DNA of 64,000 nucleotides from the NCBI GenBank assembly GCA_905178155.1, contig CAJINV010000001.1:9073865-9137864 (forward strand), written 5' to 3'. The position numbers and the translations under genes were made by a program. The notes beneath the pieces are model-generated. The model saw only the letters and a list, made by a program, of their open reading frames with translations. It was not told the DNA's origin and made no database searches. Shown one piece after another: positions 48,102 to 57,500 of the stretch (positions within the stretch are counted from its first letter, which is position 1; each line of letters begins with the position of its first letter). The DNA comes from Amoebophrya sp. A120. Its lineage: Eukaryota > Protista > Dinoflagellata.

Positions 48102-48966
48102 GAAGGAAATACAGGCGCAACTGCAAGCGGTGTCTCGAAGAAAATCAGTTTTATTTCTACTTCACACAAACATCTACCTTGCTCATGAATAATTTTTCGA
48201 TGCTTTATCACAACAGCTGGATCTGTTAAGAAGAACTTGCCACATCTTCAGTGTAGATCCTTAGAGAAAAATGACCTGAAGATCATATTTATCTGTCTCA
48301 CTCTGATGCTCCTCAATGTTTCCACCTGCTGTAGCTGTCTACAACACTGCACTTGTCTTTCTCAACTCACAACTCCAGAAAGATAATCTTCAGAATGTCA
48401 TAAACTTTCCACACTGTCGTGTTGAGAAACAGTTTACCACGTCAAGACAGCAACGCCTGCCAGGCAGTACCACGTTACGGACATGTCGGTCTTTTTGGAA
48501 TTTTGTCAAAGCAGTTGTCCATGTATGTACTTATGCGTCAAGATATCGGGCGTTTGGGGCTCTAAATTTTCTGAAAACTATGTATGGTAGATGTCAAACT
48601 CAAACTAAAACTAACTAGAGAGATGATATGGGAAAAACCTATGTTTCTATACGTTAATGTTTTCTTGGATTAATTTGGAAGAAAATGTCGTCGATCTGCA
48701 AATTTGATGGAGTGCGGGGTTGTATTTCAAAAGCATCTCTACTTCTACGGACCGGATGTGATTTCCACATACTCACAAGCCAACACAAGACATTGACATT
48801 CTGTGATAACTACATGCGAAGCACGCAACGTTGTGCATCCAACAGGCTTGCAACAACCATCCGCATCATCTTTCTAGCATGGTGGGGGACAAGAAGTGCT
48901 CTGGAATTTTGACGCGCTCTTCGATGTTATTGTTGGACGCAAGAAGTAAACTACTCAAACTTCTTC

Positions 48967-49836
48967 TCACGGTTCCATCCCTCTTGGCAAAGGCGCTGTG
49001 AGTGTTCCGTAGTTACTCTCCAAGACGCCCTGGCGGATGGCGGCCGCGGTGTTGGTGACGCCCTCGACGCCCGAGGGCACAAAGACCGTGGTGCTCCGGC
49101 CGTTGGCGACCTTCTGCATGGTTTCAAAGTACTGCGTAATGAGCAGCATCTCGGCCACGCGGTCTGCGTCCTTCCCACTGCCGATGGACGCCCGCAGCCC
49201 CTCCACGATGGCGGACCGCTGGCGCGCGATGCCCTGCCCCTGCAACTCCTGGGAGTCCGCCTCCGCCTCGGCGGCCTTCACCATGCGGACCTTTTGCGCC
49301 TCCGCCTCGTCCGTGGCCGCGACCCGGAGCCGCTTGGCCGCGTTGATCTTGTTCATTGCGTCCTTCACGCTGCTCTCCGGATCCACGTCCACCACCAGGA
49401 CGTTCAAAATGCTGTACCCGAAGGCGTTCATCTGCTCCGTTAAGTCCTTCTTGACCGCCTCCGCGATGGAGTCCTTCTTCTCGAAGACCGAGTCCAACTC
49501 CAAAAGCGGCACCTGGGACCGGATCACGTTGGTCACGTAGCTCTCGATCTGCCCCTCGGGCGCCGACAACTTGTAGAACGCGTCCTCGGCGCGCGACTGC
49601 ATGATCTGCACCTGCACCGCGACTTGCACGGTCACAAACACGTTGTCCGCGGTCTTGGTTTCGCAGCGGAACTTGTTCTCCTTGATGCGCATAGAGAGCG
49701 TGCGCGTGTTGATGCAGCAGCCCCCGATGTCGCAGCCCAAAAATTGGCACCCCGCCATCTTGGTGCCCGTGAACTTACCGCAATTCTCCACGGCCAGGAT
49801 CTGGTCCTGCGAAACAATTGAAAAGCAGTTGCCCAT
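48967..49836 (-). CDS. SPFH/band-7 protein, hypersensitive-induced response (HIR)-like
   Basis: MGNCF (myristoylation/palmitoylation-type start), CETKTADNVFV, AMNKINAAKRLRVAA, AEAEA, LQGQGIARQRSAIVEGL and LLITQYFETM. Confidence 0.9.
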   Translation of the reverse strand: MGNCFSIVSQDQILAVENCGKFTGTKMAGCQFLGCDIGGCCINTRTLSMRIKENKFRCETKTADNVFVTVQVAVQVQIMQSRAEDAFYKLSAPEGQIESYVTNVIRSQVPLLELDSVFEKKDSIAEAVKKDLTEQMNAFGYSILNVLVVDVDPESSVKDAMNKINAAKRLRVAATDEAEAQKVRMVKAAEAEADSQELQGQGIARQRSAIVEGLRASIGSGKDADRVAEMLLITQYFETMQKVANGRSTTVFVPSGVEGVTNTAAAIRQGVLESNYGTLTAPLPRGMEP

Positions 49837-50892
49837 GATTTTTCGGAAGCGCTTGTGAAAACGAAGATGTTGGAAGTTCTAGGGGGAGTGACGTCTGATA
49901 TTGTCGTGGATGAAAGTAGTGAAACAGAAAACTACTCGTCTCTAGAGGCCTAAGGCCAGGGGACAAACTTGTGAACTTTTTAGAATAAATAGCAAAGAAA
50001 AACCACTTTCAAGAAAAAACTGGGTCTGTGAAGTTTCAGGGTTAAGAAGTTTCGCGCGAAGGCAAATAACGACAAATGAGATGAAGAGGTCGAACCAGAC
50101 GATAACGATCAAAACGTACGATTTGAATTTGCACACCACGAACGATGATGTGCTCACAAACGAATTCAGACAGAACTTTCTTGTACGACGAGCACCGAAC
50201 CTTTCGTTCGTCTGCTGCGCAAATGAATACGAACGAACCTCGCACCTCACGTCCACGAGGATTAGATAGACGATTCTACGAATTCTTCACGTACTTCTCC
50301 TTTCTTATTCTTATCTTCACCATGCACAATAAATTCAGTCACTTCGACCTTTCCTCTGTTTGCACATTTTAACACATTCTGCTTCCACAGCTTGGCCTTA
50401 GACAGCGTATCGACGACCGAAATAGCTTTTGTCACTTCTGCAGCAGTATTGTTGCAACAGTCGACCAATGGCCAAGATTTCCGGTGTGGAAAAAGTGCAG
50501 TGATTTTCGGTCTCAATGATTTTTGCGCTGGCGGTCAAAAGTAGACTCTACCACTTTCAGTTCGATCCAGCAGAGCGCAATACTCATCAAAATCTTCTGA
50601 CTACGTCCATATTAATATTTTTCATCAGCTTTCTTCATGGAATAGCCCGCCGCTCGTCCACACGGTGGACCGATGGAAAATCAGATGATGTGCTCTTCTG
50701 ATGTGAATGCCCGCGAACATGTGAGCTAATGGCATTGTCTTTCGAGAATGACAGATTCTCACATTTTCGCTAGCACAGGTGAATTTCGGACTCGGATCAA
50801 GATCAATCCGCGTAGCCGCATGTGGTACTTCGAGGTGTTGACGCTCATATCGTCAGAAACCAGGAGGGGAAAGAACAGGGCACGGCAACATT

Positions 50893-51423
50893 CTAGGAAG
50901 ACAAGACCTCTTTGGAGAGGGGCTCCGACCTAGACACAGACCTTGGTTCGCGTTCGGCAGATTCCTGCGCCACAACTGGCGATTTTTGCGCCTCTGCGCG
51001 TGAGGACGGGGAAGCAATGTGAATCTCCTCGCTAGATTTTACGTCGGCTGTTGGGTGATGAATGCCTCGCACGGGTGACAACGACCGGCCCCGCGGTGGC
51101 GCGCCGTGTGGCTGCAGGCAATCTACTTCCGGCAGGGGTGGCGGTAGCACAGGAAACCCTCGCTGCGACCTCGAACCGGGACTCGGCGTCGAGGAGTTCT
51201 TGCGCAGGTCGGAGGGCGGAGTCCGCGGAGAACTACCGGTGCCGTTTTCTCCAGAGTGAAGCGGTCGAATCACAATACCGCTTCCCCGAAAACTCGTCGC
51301 AAGCCGGTGACCCGGCGGTCTCCCGCGCTGGTCCAGTAGCTGATTACTGCGAGGTGTAAGATATGGCGCCGAAAAACGATCTTGAGTTGCAAACTTAAAA
51401 TCACGTGTACAAGTGCTGTGCAT
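50893..51423 (-). CDS. Possible Ser/Pro-rich ORF or terminal exon
   Basis: 176-codon open frame just downstream of the giant gene; no recognisable domain. Confidence 0.25.
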   Translation of the reverse strand: MHSTCTRDFKFATQDRFSAPYLTPRSNQLLDQRGRPPGHRLATSFRGSGIVIRPLHSGENGTGSSPRTPPSDLRKNSSTPSPGSRSQRGFPVLPPPLPEVDCLQPHGAPPRGRSLSPVRGIHHPTADVKSSEEIHIASPSSRAEAQKSPVVAQESAEREPRSVSRSEPLSKEVLSS

Positions 51424-51548
51424 ACAGAAAATAAAAACATGATGGCCACTTACTATGTGGGGAAATCTTCAACGTTGCGATTCACGTATGATTTTATTTT
51501 CATGGCCTCTTCTTCAGAAATGTGGCAAATGAAAAATCAAAGATCGAC

Positions 51549-54500
51549 TCAAGAACTTTGTTCCGGCGTATAAGTAGTTCCGCGGTGGTGAGAGACCATT
51601 CTGCTGCCATCAGATGGATTGCTCGTCTGGTTGCTGGATTCTGCAGGAGCTTGTGCGAACGGCGAACGATAGCCATCTCCAAACGCGGTTCCAAAGTTAT
51701 TCCAGTTTCGGTATGGCGAGGGCGTAGTGGGAACCCCTCCCGGCGGGCCCTCCTGCGGATGATTCCTGCTGGAGGACGATGAATCATTTACTGGGCTAAC
51801 AACGGAATGGTCCTCGTCCCCGAGTTCATCTTGTGCCAAAAACTCCGCCGCCTCCGAATCAGACCCAGCAAGAACCCTTTCTTGTTCTGATGGACCTACT
51901 TCTGCTTCCTCCTCGTCTCTACTGCTGCTGGACAGAATCTCATCCGCATTTTCATGCATGACCTGCTGAGCCTGAACCGCCTTCCGCTCCCGCTGCCCCT
52001 GATCCGCTCGCCGGTGAGAGCTCCTCGTTCGGCCGCTCGGGACAATAACCCGGAGGCATTCCGCATCAGAAACTTTACTCTGCTTTGCGCAGGGGGATAG
52101 AAGAACCGCCCGCGGCTGCGCTCGATGGTTGACACGAAGCTCCTTCCCGAGCATGCGATGATGCTGCCTCCTCAGTCGATTCTTCTTTCGCTTGTGCCGT
52201 TTGCGCTTGCAGTTTCGATCACTGCGGTGCCGTCGTCGACTCGCGTCGTGCTCACGCGAGGAAGATCTCCTCCTGTGCCTTCTCCTGGGATCATTCCACC
52301 TCCGACGGCGCTTCTTCGTACGAGACGCGGGACTGAAAATATTCTCACAGCCCTTCGTGAACAAAGCCCTGCAGTCGCCGTAAAACAATTTCGGCCGCCG
52401 GTAGAGCATTCCCGTGAGTCTCGCGAACTCGTCCGACCCCCCGCGCACCAACATTTTCCGGTCGTCCTTGTGGAGCGCCCCCAATTTCAGCAGAGACTTG
52501 TACTCCAGCTTCGCCCGGGAAAGGTCGTAGGTCTGGCGCTTTTCGGTGTACCGCACCAGCGCACACCAGACCAAGAAAACGAGCACGCACGCGAATCTGA
52601 AGTACGTGAACTTGGACTTCAGCTTCAGCAAGCGGTACTGCAGCGAAGAAAGAAAGCTGCTCCAGGTCTGACAGAACAGGTACAGGTCTTCGCGCGCCAG
52701 AAACCGGTCCATGTAGACCCCCACCGTCCCCGGGAAGGGGTCCGACCACGGCTGCGCGACGTCCCAATTCACCAGGTGCGGTTCGAAGTACGAGCTGCTG
52801 GTCAGCAGCCGGTCGCGCTCGAACTGCTCGCCCAGCGCCTGGTACAGCGGGTTGTCGTGCTGCGTCCGCGGTAAAGGTATGCCGTTCTTCCAGCGGCGAA
52901 TATTCCGGGATCTCTCCAGCCGGTCCCGGTTCAGGTCGTCGTTCTGCGGGCCCCCCGACGGGTTGCGCACGATGGTCCCCGCCTTCCGCGGGTCCGCCAT
53001 GCCCCGCTTCGCCTCGCGGCGCGCCGCCCCGCTCTGGTGCTGGTACTCCGTGAACCCCACGCCCCGGTACAGCAGCCCCCAGCTCCACACCCGGTTCTCC
53101 AACCACACGGCCTTTTCGCGGGGCGACACGTAGCCGCTGGTCTGGTCCTCCCACTTGTCAATCGCGGACTCGCAGTGGGCATAGTCTAATCCCTTCAGTT
53201 GGATGTTGTACGCGAGCGTTTCCGCCGTGTCGGCCGTGGCCAGCGCGAAGTTCGTCTTGGGCCCCTCCTCCTGGCGCACGTAGTGCCGCCAGCTCGGCTG
53301 CCCGTTGTTGCCGTAGTCGCGGGGACAGTAGAGCAGGAAGCTGTAGGGAAGGAGACACTGGAACGCCTCGCGGCAAATGATGGGGTCCACGCCCTGCCCG
53401 AACTTGGTCATCTTGTCACACATCCACTGGTGCCGGCGGTAGTCCGCCACCGGCATCATGACCGACTCCTCCACGTCGCTCCGGAGAAACTGCTTTTGCA
53501 ACCGCCGCCCCCGCGGGTGTCCGACTAACTTCTTCGCCCATTCCTGGCGCGTGTCCTGCGGCGACGTGTACGTCGATATGCGGTCCGGGAAGGCCGAGCG
53601 CACAGGAGTTGGGGTCACGCGCGGATCTAAATTCCCATCCGAGTACACGTGCTCCGCTTCGGAGTCCGAGGGCGGGAGGTACGGGTCAAACACGGGGGGA
53701 GGTGGCGGCGGGGGTTCGGCTGCTTCTTGCGCGAAGTGGCTTGTTTCCTCCTCATCTTCGTCCGAATCGAGGTCTTCCAGGTCTACGGCCTCCAACCCGG
53801 AAAAGTCCAAAGGGTCCTCATCTTCCATGTCAACGTCTTCCTCATCTTCAAACAGGTCTTTCTCGTCACCGCCAGCACCGTCTCCACCACCTTCATCTCC
53901 GGCTCCTGCACCGCCGTAGTTTTGCCGGAACTCCTCGGCCAGCCAGGCGGCAACGCGCGGGTGCTGCGCCGCGTTGCGACTGATGGCGTGGTCCGGGCCG
54001 TGCAGCATGAAGTCCACGAACGCCTCCTGCTCCGTTTGCTTTTCGCGGCGATCCCGGCCGTCCTGGGTCACCACGTGCAAATTTCCTTTGCTCGTCGACC
54101 CCCCGTGGTTTTTGCGGACGTCCATTTCAACATCCGAGCCAGAACCGCCATCCTCGGCCGTGATGAAGGCGTCCAGGTTCTTGAAGGAGAGCTGCGCGGC
54201 GCCACTCACGTTGTCCTCGGACTCCAGCCGCGCGCGGAGCGCGGGGCCCTCGTCGCCCTGTTCCACGTCGAAACGCTCGCCGTCGGTCATGTACGGGTTC
54301 TTCTTCTCCAGCGTCTGCACCCGCGCGGCCGCCGCGGCGCGCTGACGCCGCTTCTTCGAGTAGGCCTCGAACAGCGGGCACACCAGCACGAACAGCTTGA
54401 ACTCCGCCAAAAACCGCTCCTCGGACTCCGCGGTGTCCTCGTAGCAGGTGCGCACGGCCTTGCTCTGCACGAGGAGTTGGGGGATAAAACTGTCCTTTGG

Positions 54501-57500
54501 GCCCATCCCCGCGCGGGACAGCGCGGTGGCGAATTCCGCCTCGGAGTCGGTGAAGAGGTATTTCAAAACCCGGGGCTTCTCCTCCCACCGGGCAACCTCA
54601 TCCATCTCTTTACCGCGCACCGGGCGGGGTCCCCTCCACGTCATGCGGCTCCGTTCTCTATCCTCGAACGTCCTCGAAGCCTCTTGTTTGTACTGCTCTA
54701 CTCGTCCTGGGGGTGGTCGTGCGCGGCCTGAGTACAATTCTCCGTGGTGCTCCGCGGGTCTGCCACCCGATCTCGGGGGGGACCGTTGGAAGCCGTAGGA
54801 CCCGCCCTCGGTTTGCGATGATGGAAAGTGGTAGGACAAACCACCTGAAAGGTGCTCAGAATGATCGGAATTTGCGGCAACGAGTCCTCGTCGTCCGTGC
54901 GGGCCCGCCGCGTCGTCTCCACCCGAAGCAGCATCGTCCAGCATTGGGTACTCTGGCTCTTCGTCGTCAATCGAGATGCTGGACTCGTCGTCTCGCGCGC
55001 CCTGGTTTGATGCCCGCGGGCGGTCCCGGGGTCCGAACGACGAGCGCCAGCTTTCCCGGCCGTTGCTGGAGCCGGAGCTCACCCGCTGGCTCGGATCCTT
55101 CTCGAAACCCTCCTGCTCGAGACGCTCGCGCAAAAGCACCGCCTCCAGGTCCTCCTTCGTCAACGACGGTGGCTGGTCGTCGCTTTGCCTACTTTCGAAA
55201 CTGCCACGCTCTTGGCCTTTCTCGTCATCAGGCGAGTAGCCATCCTCGTCTGGAGGAGGAGCTCCGTCTGCGCCATGGCCCCCCACCTCCGGGTCGTCGT
55301 CCTCTTCCACCCAGGCGCCCTCGCTGTGCCCAAAAAACCCGCCGTCTTGCTCGTGCTCGTCCAGACTGTCTTCCACGATGATTTCTGCGCCGTCTGCAGC
55401 GGGGGCATCCGCATACGTGTGCGGCGCACCGGGTTCACGACCTTTGCGCCGCCCGCGTGGTCCAGGCTGACTCTTTCCTGTCGCAGCTCCTTGTCCGCCG
55501 GAGGGTTTTGCCGCAGACGAGCTGGAATCCGAATCTCGTCCGCCGTCATCTTGTTCATCACTCGAGCTACTACTTTCCTTCGCCGCACTGCTTGAAGAGG
55601 GGGGTCGGGGTCCGCCACCGGGAAAAAAATCCGCCGGCGCCCCCGCTTCCCTGGCCTTCGGCGCACCGCCGCCGAGTGACTGTTTGTTTTCGTCCGGACC
55701 GGCGAACCATGCGTCCAGCAAGCTCGGACTGGGGCTGAAATAAGACGAGTACCCCGGTAATCGTGCGCATTTGCGAAAATCCAAGTAGTAGCCGTCGGCG
55801 CGGTGGTGCAGCAGCTGCCACTGCTGCCGCGCGATGTAGTAGTGCGCGTTCTTTTCCAGCTCCGACGGCTTCAGGCGCTTGCCGACCCGCACGATGCGCT
55901 CCGCCTCGTAGCCGGACGCCATGTGCCACAGCACCTTCACTGCGTTGTTGTCGTACGCCTTCACGGTGCCTGGGTACTGCGCAAACTTGCTGCCGCCAGG
56001 CCAATCCAGCATGTTCGGGTACACCAACTGCACCTGTGCCTGCTGTACAAATGTGTGAAACGTCATGCTGTACCCCTGGGGCGAGTTGTGGTAGCGCTGC
56101 TCGCTCAGCCGGTGCACACAGCCGTCCTTGTTCAGGATTTGCGGAAAGAGGTCGCGCCCGGACACAAATATGCAGCACACGCTGTATCGCTCGATCATCC
56201 GACGCTCCTCCAGCGGCACGTCATTGCCGTCCTCGTCGATAAGGTCCAGGTGTGCCTCTTTCATTCGGTATACCTGCGAATAGAGTCGAGGAATTTAAAA
56301 TTATGTGCCTCGTCATGCTACTTACTTAGTTAAGCGTACAGAAACTTCTACTCATACGGCACTTTTGAAGACAAAACAGAAAAGCATTTTTCCTATATAC
56401 CGAGTTGAAATCGACAAGGTCGTCTTCCAACGGTTCCTCCGCCCGTTCTGACGCGGCCAGGATCCGCGCCTTCTGGGCGCGTTTAGCCAGCTCCCGCGAA
56501 AAGTCGTGCAGCGTCTCGTCCGCTACCGCGCAGGCGTACACCAACGAGACCCCGCCGCTTCCGAGGGCCAGCGGTTTGAAAATTCCGTGGCTGTAGTATC
56601 ACAATGAAAAACGCCCCCACCCCCGAACTTGGGAGCATTTGTATAGCAAACCTCTCCAACAGAAACTTTCCAATCGTGAATAGCGAAAATTTGTATTGCA
56701 ACAGATCCCAGCAAGAGCGGCGCTTGTCATGAAAGCAACGCTATATACGCCTAGACTCTGCATCACAAAGATTCATATTCCTTTCATGCATGACAAAAAG
56801 TTTTCATTTGGAAACTTCACATCACAAATTATTGCAACTTTGGGGGTAGGGGCATTTTTCACGGTAATATGTAGCACGCGCACTGCTGAAACTCCGCGAG
56901 GGCGAATTTCCGGGGGTTCACGCGGATATCAATTGCAAAAGTGTCTGGGTCTGGAAGAATGCAACTTGTAATGCGTATTTCAGAACACAGAAAAGTCTCT
57001 CATGCATACGTAGCAAAAGCTGCCCGCTTTCTGTCAGCAAAATAGGGGACTTGTCATGCGGATTCGGCATTGCGGAAGCTTCTCGAAACCTGTGATGCTA
57101 GAGCTTCCATGCCAGACCTCTTGTGTCATGCAAAAGTAGCATGACTCTTCCAGACCCAGACATTTTTACATTTGATAGCGGATGATGGGGAACGACACCA
57201 GCGCCGCCATGTCCTCGGCCTGCACGAGGCCGGTCTGGTTCACGAGCAGCAGGTCCCGCGTCACCGGGTCCCGCATCTGCGGCGGGGAGGTCTGGCCGTC
57301 GGCATCGAAGGTCGTCCGCGGGTGAAGAAGCTTGCTCAGTGACGGCGCTTTGTTCGTGTGGTACATCGCGTATGTCGGATCGCGCTGCGACATCGTGAGC
57401 CGGCGGGGGCTGCTCGGAAAAACCGATGGTGGAGATCGTGCAGGGCTGGACGAGGATTGTCGCGCATATGGTCGCGTCGCCGCTTGTTGCGCATCAGAGG

